From Macrostomum lignano (taxonomy: Eukaryota), in contig NIVC01000609.1 of assembly GCA_002269645.1 (NCBI GenBank), positions 57,725 through 121,724 of the forward strand: a DNA stretch of 64,000 nucleotides, in the 5' to 3' direction. A program made the translations under genes and the position numbers. The notes under the pieces were generated by a model. That model was given only the letters and a program-made list of their open reading frames with translations. It made no database searches and was not told the DNA's origin. Positions 38,591 to 62,300 of this stretch are shown here, piece after piece (position 1 is the stretch's first letter; every line of letters begins with the position of its first letter).

Positions 38591-40386
38591 TTTACATGTC
38601 TTTGCTTCCTATGCACAAACATGTGCTTTACCTTGACCAACCTCTCCCCTTAAAGTCGGCTTATACCAACTCTGTTCGGATTTAAATCTCAATTTAAAAC
38701 TGGCATGAATTAGCATGCACAATAGAAAGCTGTTTTTCCTAGCTACTCTGCATTTTTATGACTTACTCTAGTCTCTAGTACTGATCTTGATGCTCTTCTG
38801 TTGCAAAGATTTCTATATAATATTGAATGTGCAAAAATTATTTAAATGAACTGATATTAAATTTGGCTTCCTGTGCTTGGTTTATTTCAAGAAATTCTAA
38901 TTCTACATCTCTATGGTTTTTTAAGCATCAGAATCTGTAGTCCAAATTCAGGATACCAGCTGGCATCAGTCGGAAAATTGGAAAATCAAATAAAAAACCA
39001 GCATCTCTACTCTACCCTTTACACTGCTGGCCTGCAGAAGTTGCAGAAATCTGCAGACTCCGTGTATAAAGAATAGTCAAATTTTACAATTAAAAAATGG
39101 AACTTAAAATTAACTGGCATCCGAGGTCCGAATTCACGATGCAAAAAGTATTAAGCTGATGATGCACGCTATGACACAAAGGTTCCTACATGTATGTGGA
39201 AAACGCATAATCAAAAAATATTTCTTATTTAAGTCGCTGCGAAGTAGTCCAAACAAGAAGCCCCGCGCGCATACGATGGACTCGTGTTATGCTTGCTGGA
39301 TGGGATCCCCCCCTGCATTTTCACCTGTCCATGCCAACTCGCGTATGCTGATGCATCAATCAATTGTTCCCCAGCTGGTGTTTGGCGCTTCCAGCGCGGG
39401 GGGGGGGGGGTTTAGGGTGATAAGTTGTCAAACTTTGCCAGCCTGCGCCGGGGCGCGGGACATGACAGGCAGGTAAAAATCAAGCAAGAAAACCGACGAT
39501 GCTGTAACCTGTCGAGCTGTTTTCCAGGCTGCGTCAAACGCTTTGATAAGGTCAGTCGGTGTGTGGGCAAAGGTAAAGAGAAGCTCCCTGGGAGAAAAAT
39601 AAGATGAAAAGCGCGTTAAACTGATTCCCTATGCCGCGTTTGCCTAACTTAATTAACTGATGAAGCTGGCATTGGAATCGGTGAGGGTAGCTTTGCCAAG
39701 GAGCTCAGTACTCGGAAATCTGAAGAGAATTTAAAACGATTTTACAAGCTTTCGATAGGCTGATTGTAAATTACTATTTCTATATAGCGCTAAGCATGTT
39801 TCTAGCTAATATTTTCTGTATCTGAAAAGTATATTTTCAGAATTAGATTGATTATTAAGATTAAAATCTTGGTTTCGTATGAGGACAATAAAGTATTAAG
39901 TCTTTTCCTTTTTCGTTGTTTCTTGGCTTAAACAATCGGCTGGGACATTAGGTCTCGCTGAGGTTTGTCTTTGCTTCAAAACTGCTTCTTAAGCGAAGGT
40001 TTGAGAAGACAAATGTTTTATAGTTTACCTGTAGTTCCGAAGGGGCTTAAGCGGACACCAACGGGACGGCACACCCTGACTGACGCTGTTAAGTCGTTAG
40101 GGAAACGAGGTTGCACCCGACAATACTCGAAGTACACGCTACGTACTACTCTGACATCGCAAGTGTGACTGGGACACGGTAGCAATGCTTTGGAGCGCTG
40201 CATCGGAATTTCTACGAGTCAACAGAAGTTCTTTGCAGTGCCATCTCAGCCCGGACTGGACACAAAGTGCATGTGAACATCTATTAAAGTAATTGAATAC
40301 TGAAAGAAGTAATGTTTTCTTTTTTCGTGCTTCTACGAGTATTAAGTTTCTATTGTACCAATAAAATATGGATTATACAATACTGA

Positions 40387-40975
40387 TATGGTTGTTATAG
40401 TTTTCTGGTAAATGTAAAGTTGATTCCCGTCTTTTGTTTCACTTATTGTTGTTGTTAAACGAAAGGGTCCTAAGGCGGGACCCGCGGATCAGCCACATGG
40501 AAGGGCTCTGCCGCGAGGGGCACTGCCAGGGGCACAGCATTAGCTTTTTTAGAGCCCAAGATACCCCGAGAGAGACGGAGATTGGGCCCGCGCATAAAGC
40601 GCCGGAGGGCGAAGTTGACCCAAGCCTAGGGTCAAGACACCGCCAAACCAACAGTGGAATCAGGGACGGTGTTAGGACCGAGTCCACCCAGGCTACCCCC
40701 CCCCCCCCAGCAGACAAGTCCTCGGGAGTGCGCGAAAAACAGAATTGGATTAAATTACTAAAAGCCGTCCAAGAGCGGGGAAACCCAGAAGTCTTGGAAA
40801 GGGCTAACTATTGGAGCGAGTCTGGAAGGCTTGTATCCGAGGGGGAGACTCTAGGCGGACATAGCAACACCTCTATTGCTACCAACTCAAGGGCATCGCC
40901 TATCCAGCTCATTATGGTTGTTATAGTGTTCTGGTAAATGTAAAGTTGATTCCCGTCTTTTGTTTCACTTATTGT
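40387..40975 (-). mobile_element. 463-bp retroposon-like insert (40450-40912) between 63-bp direct repeats
   Basis: Direct repeats at 40387-40449 and 40913-40975 (1 mismatch). On the minus strand the insert ends with a stem-loop (gggtcc..ggaccc) and a short (AAC)n tail. Confidence 0.55.
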
Positions 40976-41079
40976 AGCCGCGAACGGCTGAAAACTCGTT
41001 TGTGGGCCTAGGACTACATGGCCGAAACTGTTTGCGGCCATGGATAATTAAAACAAGCCATGCAGGAAAAATACGTTTC

Positions 41080-41545
41080 TGTATAGTCTATGCCCGGGGC
41101 CAAGTGGAAAATAAAAACGTTTCTGTAGTCTATGGTTGGGCCGAAGTATGGAATAAAAACGTTTCTGTAGTCTATGGCTGGGCACAAGTGTGGAATAAAA
41201 ACGTTTCTGGTAGTCTTTGGCTGCGCCCAAGTGGGGAATAAAAACGTTTCTGTAGTCTATGGCCGGGCCCAAGTGTGGAATAAAAACGTTTCTGTAGTCT
41301 ATGGCCGGGCCCAAGTGGGAAATAAAAACGTTTCTGTAGTCTATGGCCGGGCCCAAGTGGGAAATAAAAACGTTTCTGTAGTCTATGGCCGGGCCCAAGT
41401 GGGAAATAAAAACGTTTCTGTAGTCTATGGCCGGGCACAAGTGTGGAATAAAAACGTTTCTGTAGTCTATGGCTGCGCCCAAGTGGGGAATAAATACACA
41501 TCTCTGTAGTCTATGGCCTGGGCCCAGAGAAGACGCTTCTGTAGT
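41080..41545. repeat. 42-bp minisatellite (ccaagtgggaaataaaaacgtttctgtagtctatggccgggc)n
   Basis: About 11 units; unrelated to the other 42-bp satellite. Confidence 0.95.
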
Positions 41546-41927
41546 CTCATCTATAGCCCCAAAACAATACGACGTAATTGTATTGAACCATATATATACA
41601 TAGAGCGGCCAAGTGGAGGAGAAATAATGTAACCGCGATTTATCTCCAGATTACAAACTCTATTGGCAAAATTGCAATCAAGTTTGGCCTTATAAGTTCG
41701 GAATTCCACGGCCACTGGCCCAGCATTCCTCGCTCCCGGCAACCCACCCCACGTTTTTTCTGGCCGATAGCGAATGAGGCAGCAGCAGCGGAGAGCCCAA
41801 TCCCAGTTTTATCCGCCAGCCCGCGCGCCCGCTATCTGAGCCGCACCAAGCTCTTGACACGGACAAGACCGGCTTCTTTGAAGTTTCAGAAATTTGCGCC
41901 AAACTCTTAGCTTTCTGTAGGCTTGGC

Positions 41928-52608
<10,681 letters not shown>

Positions 52609-53102
52609 AAAACAGTATTTTTCAGAACAAATCAATCCTGCAAGTCTTTATTGAAGTCCTAATCTCTTAAAATACATAATCGAATGGGTTTTCTCAGAGT
52701 AATCTATTACAGTACCTATAAAAAACTTTAGCTAAAAGGAAACATATTCAATTTTAAGGGCCAAGTCAAGGCGTCAGTTCCCACATTATCATGATATGCC
52801 CTCTCAGTAATCAGCTAATAATAGTAGTACTAACAGCAAGATAATAGGTAAACAACTGTAACTGGGTAAAATTGCTCCATGACATATTGAAATGTATCTC
52901 ATTTAATCTGCCATAACTTATTCAAACGCTTCCTAACCTCTGAAATCGCTCGTACCTGTAGCTTGTGTCCGCTTGTGACAGCTTCTAGTTAAGATTCTCC
53001 ATTTATCATATAAACTCTGTTATGCATATAAATAAAAGATTTGTGTAAAGTGCCTCTGTACTCTAACTTTGCTATGTACTTAAGGCTTGCAAAATATTCA
53101 CG

Positions 53103-54335
53103 ATGGATTGCTAATCTAGCCTACATCATGGATGCAGGAACAGAATGGATTGCTAATCTAGCCTACATCATGGATGAAGGAATAGAATGGATTGCTAATC
53201 TAGCCTAGAAATTGGATGCAGGAACAGAATGGATTGCTAATCTAGCCTACATCATGGATGCAGGAATAGAATGGATTGCTAATCTAGCCTACATCATGGA
53301 TGAAGGAACAGAGTGGATTGCTAATCTAGCCTACATCAAGGATGAAGGAACAGAATGGATTGCTAATGTAGCCTACATTATTGATGAAGGAATAGAATGG
53401 ATTGCTAATCTAGCCTACATCATTGATGCCGGATAGGATGGATTGCTAATCTAGCCTACATCATGGATACAGGAATAGAATGGATTGCTAATCTAGCCTA
53501 CATCATGGATGAAGGAATAGAATGGATTGCTAATCTAGCCTACATCATGGATGCAGGAATAGAATGGATTGCTAATCTAGCCTACATCATGGATGAAGGA
53601 ATAGAATGGATTGCTAATCTAGCCTACATCATGGATGAAGGAACAGAATGGATTGCTAATCTAGCCTACATCATGGATGAAGGAATAGAATGGATTGCTA
53701 ATCTAGCCTACATCATGGATGCAGGAATAGAATGGATTGCTAATCTAGCCTACATCATGGATTCAGGAATAGAATGGATTGCTAATCTAGCCTACATCAT
53801 GGATGCAGGAATAGAATGGATTGCTAATCTAGCCTACATCATGGATGCAGGAATAGAATGGATTGCTAATCTAGCCTAGATAATGGATGAAGGAACAGAG
53901 TGAATTGCTAATCTAGCCTACATCATGGATGAAGGAACAGAGTGGATTGCTAATCTAGCCTACATCATGGATACAGGGATAGAATGGATTGCTAATCTAG
54001 CCTACATCATGGATGCAGGAATAGAATGGATTGCTAATCTAGCCTACATCATGGATGAAGGAATAGAATGGATTGCTAATCTAGCCTACATCATGGATGC
54101 AGGAATAGAATGGATTGCTAATCTAGCCTACATCATGGATGCAGGAATAGAATGGATTGCTAATCTAGCCTAGATAATGGATGAAGGAACAGAGTGAATT
54201 GCTAATCTAGCCTACATCATGGATGAAGGAACAGAGTGGATTGCTAATCTAGCCTACATCATGGATACAGGGATAGAATGGATTGCTAATCTAGCCTACA
54301 TCATGGATGAAGGATTAGAGTAGATTGCTAATCAG
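53103..54335 (+). repeat. 42-bp satellite, copy 3 (opposite orientation to copies 1 and 2)
   Basis: About 29 units; source of the MDAGIEWIANLAYI pseudo-ORFs. Confidence 0.95.
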
Positions 54336-54559
54336 GCCAAGGCATTATACATACCCGGTAACTTATTAAACAACTTAATAAGGACTCCGCATCAAGATGA
54401 CTATTTAGAAGCGTCTATCACATCCAGTAACCAGTTGCTCTTATTGTTCTATGGCAATTAGCTGTTCTCACTAGAAGCTAACAATTATTTTAACAACCGC
54501 TGTAAAAGTACATGTATAGTTCTGCGCAGCAAGAAATTCACACAGCCAGCCAGCCAGCC

Positions 54560-55499
54560 ATGATTCGCATCAGCAACCAGCAGGAGTTCGCCTCCATAGC
54601 GCTGGGCTCGGACGCCAAGCTGTGGATCGAGCAGTCGTCAAGCGCCGCGCCGAACGGCGAGATGCGAATCCGGTTCCGCGCATTCCGCCCCGCCCCCTGG
54701 ACGTCCTGCCTACGTACGCCGCCGCTGACGGAGTCGCCTCTACCGCTTGGCCACCCGTCCCGGTGGCGGCCACCCTCTACCTGTCGCCCAATCACGAGGA
54801 CGTCGAGGAGGCCAGGTGCAAACGGATACTGGTGACTCGGCGAAGCGGCAACGGAGAGTCCTGCAAGGTGCGGCCGCGGTTGTGGCTGTGCGAGAATCTT
54901 TTGGAGGAAAGGGGATGTCTGGAAGTGCAGTGGGATCTCTGGATGATAGTGGGATCTCTAAGAGGGTAATGGGGTCTCTAGAAAGGTAGTGGGATGTCTG
55001 AAAGGTAGTGGGGTTTCTAAGAGGGTAGTGGGATCTGTGGAAAAGTAGTGGAATCTCTGGAAGGGTAGTGGCTAGTGGGATCTCTTGAAGGTAGGATCTC
55101 TGGAAGGTAGTAGGATCTCTGGAAGGGCAGTGGAATCTCTAGGAAGGTAGTAGGATCTCCTTAATGGTAGTGGGATCTCTGGGATGGTAGTGGGATCTCT
55201 GCGAGGGTAGTGGGGTCTATGGAAGGGTAGTGGCATCTCTGGAATGGTATTGGAATCTATATGATAGAGGGTAGTGAATTGTAAAATGTACTCGATACAT
55301 GTACATGCAACTGTAAATCACCCAATCCAATCAGGATCTGTTGGGCTTCGTGCCAGGACGCGACAGCGACACTGACGACCTGGTGCTTGTGCAGCTGGAG
55401 CAGATAGAGGAGCGGGCGCAGGCCACCGATGTACCGGTGGGTGTGGAACTTCTGGTCAGCTCGCATACCAGCTCATCCGTCACTGGCCTGGTCGACTGA
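54560..55499 (+). CDS. Frame-switched two-exon gene, ~156 aa, tentatively ornithine decarboxylase antizyme-like
   Basis: ORF1 54560-54697 (Kozak-like gccagccATG, 46 codons, ~89% GC3). ORF2 54700-54867 is in a different frame, with donor AAG|GTGCGG, followed by exon 2 at 55335-55499 in phase. Antizyme-like motifs: RIxNxxxF, WxxVxxxxTLYL, EExxCxxILV, LGFVPG. Confidence 0.6.
54930..55260. repeat. Degenerate ~22-bp minisatellite (ggtagtgggatctctggaa)n in the intron of the antizyme-like gene
   Basis: About 14 degenerate units. Confidence 0.85.
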
Positions 55500-56659
55500 G
55501 CTTTTGAGCTCAATTTTTTACCTGTTTTGCAGAAACTCCATTGAAGCAAACAATCGACTTTGGCGCGTAAATTCATTACCGACGTTTTTTGAAAGTTGAA
55601 ATTTAGCAATACAGTAAACATATAGCGAATCATTAAAAATCCGTGTCTTGCTACTAACAGTAGTAGCTATACCCAATGAAACGATTGTACCTATTAAAGT
55701 CTGCGACTTTGAAACGGGGCGCTTCTATGACGTCTATCTGAGGCGTGCCAGAGTCGCCAAACAATCACTGAGTTGTGTCTAAAGCGCATCTGCGTCACTG
55801 TGAATTAGAATCGTATTTCGGATTTACAACTCTATTTAGTCTACTTGAGTTAGTAGAAAGTTAAGCGCAAACACAACGACGCTTTTACGATTCTACAACT
55901 CAACGCATTACAGTAGTGTTTGAGTCGTTGAAAATTCACCAAGAGTCGCCCCAGACTCACTAGTGAGTTGCTTGCAATGAATCTTTAGCGATTCTTGTCA
56001 CGGTAACGTTTTCAACGGTATGGCAGGTAGAATTAAAGAATGAATTCAAAACAATTATATAAAACACAGATATACTATTCGCACTTAGTAAATTATTAAT
56101 TAATTAGTACAAGATCATAAATAGGTATAGTATATTTAGATAACCACAGTATATTATTAGTTATTTAAAGTTTATATCTGCGAAGTTTTACGAAGCGAAC
56201 AAACGACTGCATCAGGGAATTGCTCTAAATCGTTAAATTAATTAAATAATTATTACATACTTACTAACTAGCTTACTACGTATATAATCATTACAATTAG
56301 CAATCATATATGTAGTACTATATATATATATAATATAACAATATAAAAAGCGACATACAAAGTCACCCACCTCTCTCTCACTTAAACAAGTAGGCGATAG
56401 ACAAGCAGTAGTATATATTGATGATAAAAACACGGTACAGTACACGCGCACTCAATAAGTAAAACGGGACCAACTCTTAAGTGGACAAAGGAGAGGGGAG
56501 AAACGGCGAACGATGGAGAACAACTGGGAGCGGCGGCTGCGGAGAGGTTCAGCGCAATTTTAAGCTAAAAAGGAACTCAATCATCATTATCACTGTCTCA
56601 GTATTGTAGGGTTCACGCCTCTACTGCGTTCACGGATATTCAATTCCAAAATTAACGGC

Positions 56660-58091
56660 CTAGCGTTTCGCGTTACCATAGGAACCGCGCGCGGGCGGCA
56701 CTTTAAAGCTGGCGGCGGCCTGGTACTGCAGCTGATAGGCCAGTGGGTGCACTTTGAAGCCGTACAGGCGCGGCACGAACTGATTGGCTGGCCGCTTGGG
56801 CCGGTATTCCGGGTGGACTAAAAATAGCATATGGGGAAACCCCGTGCCGAAATAGGCCCCGTCGGTGTGGTGGTGCCGCGAAGACTTCGGCGTGTAGACG
56901 TCCTGGCATTTGGGGCAGTACAGCTTCACCATGGCCTCGCCAGGCACGTCGGATAGGCCTGCAGGGTGAGGGCGATGGGGGAAGGAGTGTTGTGACCCAC
57001 CCCGTTCTTATCAAACCAGCGCCCACCCCCTTTCTTATAAAAAACGCACCCACCCCCATTCTTATCAAACCCGCACCCACTTCATTCTTATTAAACCCGC
57101 ACCCACCCCATTCTTATCAAACCCGCACCCACCCCATTCTTATCAAACCCGCACCCACTTCATTCTTATTAAACCCGCACCCACCCCATTCTTATCAAAC
57201 CCGCACCCACCCCATTCTTATCAAACCCGCACTCACCCCATTCTTATCAAACCCGCATACACCCCATTCTTATCAAACCCGCACCAACCCCATTCTTATC
57301 AAACCCGCACCCACTTCATTCTTATTAAACCCGCACCCACCCCATTCTTATCAAACCCGCACCCACCCCATTCTTATCAAACCCGCACCCACTTCATTCT
57401 TATTAAACCCGCACCCACCCCATTCTTATCAAACCCGCACCCACCCCATTCTTATCAAACCCGCACTCACCCCATTCTTATCAAACCCGCATACACCCCA
57501 TTCTTATCAAACCCGCACCAACCCCATTCTTATCAAACCCGCACTCACCCTATTCTTATCAAATCCGCACCCACCCATTCTTATCAAACCCGCACCCACC
57601 CCATTCTTATCAAACCCGCATCCACTTCATTCTTATCAAACCCGCACCCACCCATTCTTATCAAACCCGCACCCACCCCAACCTCCTCAACACACGCGGC
57701 AGAACACACAAGAGTCCAATCGCTCACCAATGGGCATCACTGGCTGATTCTCGCAATAGACCCGAGGACAGTAGCTGAACTCGCCATTCTGCCATTTCTC
57801 AATCATCTGGGCGATGCCGCGGTTAGTCATGATGTAGCGAGCGTGGATGAGGCCGTACAGCATCTCGGCGGCCTGCTCAATGATGTCGGATTGGTTGGCA
57901 TCGGACAGGTTGTCATCGGCTTCAAGATCGAGAATCATGTCCAGCGCCTGGTGATAGTGGGGCACCTGTTCGTTCAGGCCGGTCAAGTTGAACTTGTCCT
58001 GAATGTAGTCTTCATCGACTTCGCAGAAGAATTCGTTGCCGCGAAGGCCGCAGAACCAGGAGATCCAAGACACTTCTTCACTGGAGCTCAT
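56660..58091 (-). CDS. CSNK2B: Casein kinase II regulatory subunit beta, 2 exons, 220 aa
   Basis: Exons 57728-58091 and 56660-56958 (phase 1, PIG|LSD). [39 protein letters not shown], the zinc ligands CPRVYC and CPKC, and [14 protein letters not shown] are near-invariant CK2-beta sequence. Confidence 0.98.
56995..57680. repeat. ~25-bp minisatellite (ccccattcttatcaaacccgcaccca)n filling the CSNK2B intron
   Basis: About 27 units; G-rich on the sense strand. Confidence 0.95.
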
Positions 58092-58989
58092 GGCGCTTTG
58101 TTATAATTAACGGCGCACGGGCATGAATATGAATAATGTAAATTGATAACTTGCAGCTGGCTACTAACAGTAACAGGTAACGGCTTGTCTTGTTCAGAAA
58201 ATAGTAAACAAAGTGCTTTGTCACTGCGTTTGTCAAGTGAAACTAACCAATTAATTTTTTATTTGGTAATCCTTTAAAACATCGGCCACATGAAGTATTG
58301 TTCAAATAGTCTAACAATTTTTAGGGGAAAATCGCCAGAAACTAAAAGCAACTGCTGGGTAAGAGAAGCAAAAACAAGAGTACAAAAAATATCTGCGATT
58401 ATAAAAAGAAGAATAAAATGTCTCAATCATGCTATCAGTAGTACTGTACAGATATATATATTGACTATGTAAAGAGCTCATCATAAACTCTCGAAACGAA
58501 TACCAAATTAAAAACAATATGGGCGTGAAAGTGCTCAGAAATATACAGACTATTAATGGAAGATTAACTCTTAATAAGAGACAAAAGTGCATTAAATAAC
58601 GCTTGAGCGTTTCAGTGTAACCATGGCAACAAAACAGGCTGGGAAGCGTCGAAAAGAATAAAACAAAATAATAAAGCTGACTAAAAATATCAATGAAACC
58701 ATCAGTATTGCAACGTAGTAGATGACAATGGAATGAGGAAAAAGTATGAATAAACGTGAAAACTTGACATGAAGAATCTGTGCGCCTTAGCAGCATAACA
58801 ATATTAACAATAAGAGATAAGTGACCTTGGAGTATGCACATATTGCATAGCATAGCTAGTGAGAAAATGTTATGTCTATAACATCAAAGGAATCTATTAG
58901 CTAGATTTTTGTATAGATGGCCCACAGCTCATGGATAGATGCTATCTAGATATCAGAGATAGCATCTATGTGCGAGTTACGAGCGTAAT

Positions 58990-59270
58990 ACTCTATAATA
59001 ATAATAATAATATAGATACGATAGACAGATGCTGCTTAGATATCATATAGATACAATAGATAGGTGCTGTCTAGATATCATATAGGATACAGTAGGTAGA
59101 TGCTGTCTAGATATCATATAGATACGGTAGGTAGATACTGTCTAGATATCATATAGATAAGGTAGATAGATACTGTCAAAATATCATATAGAAACGATAG
59201 CTAGATACTGTCTAGATACGGTAGATAGATGCTGGGTGGGTAGTGTGCAGTTGCCATCTATATCTAGACG
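58990..59270. repeat. Degenerate ~35-bp repeat (gtagatagatgctgtctagatatcatatagatac)
   Basis: About 6-7 units. Confidence 0.75.
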
Positions 59271-59318
59271 CCTAAGTACTAAATTCTCTACTACAAGTAG
59301 GCAATCGCAATTTTGTCC

Positions 59319-62300
59319 CTAACTAGTGCGGCAGCTTCGTATCAGACCGGCTGCACCGTCGCAAGAGATGAAGGACGAGGCTGGGCCGATGGCAACAGTC
59401 GATGGCGGGACGCCAGCAGCCGGACCAGCCGAGGCTGAAGCGGCGGCAACTGATGATGCGGTGGGCCCCAGCTTAGCCAAAGCAGACCGCCGTCTAGCCA
59501 TGACAGCTAGCAACAGGCAGAGCGGTAAAGCCGCTGCAGCCAGAAGCAGAAAACGGTCTTTGTTGGGTGACGCTGCTCGAGATGATGTTGACACAGAAGA
59601 TCGGATGCTGCTAGGAATAAAACGAAACCAACGAAGCAGCAAAGAGCCTGCAAATGCAATTAAGTTAAACAAATAATTGGTAGAAATTGATTGCTATCAT
59701 ATACATAGAACTATAAAATAAAATTGAGTTTGCAATCAGCTTCCATACAGCATCATGCCTTAGTATTTTCTTGATTTCAAATTCATTTGGTCTGCGAATG
59801 CTTGATTAGGATAAAAAGCTCCGCATATGTATACATGTATGTATTAATGTTGTGTACTTTCTCAATCTCATTAATTAATCCGCTTTCCCTTTGCCTTTCT
59901 TGGCAACTCTTATCTAGTCCCTGACAGTCTTATATTCTCCCTGACAGGTCTCATCATATCGCTGACAGGTCTTATCTTGTCCCTGAAAGGTCTTATCTTG
60001 TCCCTGACAGGTCTAATCTTATTCCTGACAGATCTTATCTTGTCCCTGACAGGTTTAATCTTATTCCTGACAGATCATATCTTATCCCTGTCAGGTCTAA
60101 TCTTATTCCTGACAGAACGTATCTAATCTCGGACAGATATTATCTTGTCCCTGAAAGATCTTATCTTGTCCCTGAAAGATCTTGTCTTATCTCTGACAGA
60201 TCTTATCTGGTCCCTGACGGATCTTATCTTGTCTTTAACAAATCCATCTTGTCCCTGACAGGTTGTATCCGTCTCGTCTCTTGTCTAGACACACCTAGCT
60301 TTCCGCCTACACGCTTAACATTGTCCTAACACACCAATATTGTCCCAACACACTAACTCCTGCCCATACACCCCACAACCACATCAGCGCAACTCACTCC
60401 GCAGTTTAGACAGCCAGCTCGCAGACTCGCTCCCGGAGTTGCCGGGACAAGGCCGGTCATCTGACGAGCCAACAGTGGGCGCAGCGGCGGCAGCCAGAGG
60501 ACTGGACTGAGCGGCAACATCCTCATCATCAGCAGCAGCATCGGCCATATGCTCAATAGTAGAGAATGCTGTAGAATCCGATGCAGTCAGATTCAATAGC
60601 AAATCGTTGCCCAGACTAGTTTCATACTGTTCAGCGTATCGCAAATCTAATCGAGCTGTCAATCTATCAGAGTCTGTCAGATCCGAGCCGCGATGTAAAA
60701 CAGGATTATCCATCTGGCCAGATGCCTCCTCCAGCACAGCGGCCACTCGGCGAGTCTCGGCCGGGCCAACTGGGCCGCTAAAGCTGTTATTATTGGAATT
60801 GCGACCCGTAGGCAGCAGAGCGGCAAACTGTTGCATTGGCAGGCGTTGCCAGGCAACCCGATCAACAGCATTAGTCGGTAGGCGGATTACGCTAGCCGAA
60901 ACTGCGGCTGCTGCGTCGCCGAGGTCAACCTCGTCCGGGCCGAGGCACAGCACCACTAGCGACGGACTGCCCGACGCGGCAGCTCGAAGAACGCGCCGAC
61001 ATTCGGCGGCCGATTCGCGGGTAGCAACCAACGCCAGGCAACGGCAATTCCCTGGGAGCAGCTCGCCGCCGCTGCCACTCTGACTATCAATCGAGTCCCA
61101 AGCGGTGAGCGAGTAGCAACAGAGTCCGAGCTGCATTCGCAGTCGCCTACTAAAGTAAGCGGCAAACTGAACAGCCAGCCAGTCGTCAGTGTCGCCAGAA
61201 TAGTACAGCGAACTGGCCAATATAATATCGTAGCAAGCGGCCGGATCATAGGCCGACCTCGCTAACGGTCGATAGTCATCAATTGGAGTCCAAGTGACGC
61301 GCAGAATACGCGCCAGGGCGCGCCAACCGGCGCTATCAGTATCTAGAATAGTTGAGCCGGCGCCAAACTGTAACAACGGATAGGCCAGAAAGTCAACCTC
61401 CGCCGGGCTCAACAATCCGGCATCGGTGTCGCCGTCGGCAACGTCCAGATTGGCCACCAGATAGCGGCCGCTCCAGGCGGGCCGGCGGCTGACCAGGTGT
61501 ACAAATAGGCGAGGTAAGAAAGCGCGGAACAATCTGACAGTGCTAGGAGTGACCAGGAACATGCAGTACTCAGCATCGGCTAGCGGGTCATCGGAGTCTT
61601 CATCGTCGCCATCTAGCCGACTGAGAAGCTGCTCAGCTGGCAGGCTCAGACAGCGGCAGGAGCGACGCTCGGCCTCCAACGCTAAACTGAGCCGTTGAAC
61701 GAAGTCTTTCACCGAGCCAGCGGCCGCATCGCCCTCACTGAATAAGAGCCCGTCGGCGCTAACCAATGCCAGTTTGAAATCGCGCCGGCGGCCGTAACAG
61801 CTGCCGGATTCGAACTCGCTGGCCAGCTGGCCGACGTTAACGCCGGCCAGGCTGTCGTCTGAGAAGGCGCCGCCTGACTGCGGGGAGTTTCGGCATGGCG
61901 GGGAGTTGGGGTGATTTTTAATAATCCCAAAAGCGTTGCCCTGACGGAACTAAGAGCCTGTATAGGAGAATATTCCATAGGGGATAGGGACATGATACCC
62001 CTCATGGGATCTTTTGGGCGATTTGCTACTCTATACTCGTACTCTAAATAATCTTTGGGCGTATCTCCCACTCCCTACAGATTCCTACGGTACAATCTGC
62101 CACTCCCTACAGGTTCCTACGGTACAATCTGCCACTCCCTACAGGTTCCTACGGTACAATCTGCCGCTCCCTACAGAATCCTACGGTACAATCTGCCGCT
62201 CCCTACAGAATCCTACGGCACAATCTCCCACTCCCTACAGAATCCTACGGTACAATCCCCCACTCCCTACAGAATCCTACGGCACAATCCTCCACTCCCT

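Noticed and set aside
40490-40560. HDV-like ribozyme on the minus strand (P1 GGGCTCT/AGAGCCC, P3 GCC/GGC, loop CCUCGC)
   Set aside because: There is no GG after P1 to form P1.1, and no convincing P2, P4 or J4/2.
40434-40937. 167-aa ORF across the direct-repeat-flanked insert
   Set aside because: It has an alternative start inside the repeat, no recognisable RT, endonuclease or gag motif, and no splice support.
54540-54565. Alternative +1 site CCA-UGA-U at 54558-54564 leading into the ORF2 frame
   Set aside because: There is no ATG in that upstream frame, and GC3 over 54560-54697 favours the ATG frame (~89% versus ~53%).
58311-58853. 180-aa hydrophobic minus-strand ORF, and similar AT-rich ORFs at 18346-18972 and 31047-31425
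   Set aside because: Their AT-rich composition is unlike the GC-rich verified exons and they have no motifs; probably UTR or intergenic.
59326-59676. Plus-strand 116-aa ORF (MRQLRIRP..)
   Set aside because: It is antisense to the phase-matched terminal exon of the TIR-like gene and has no start or splice support of its own.
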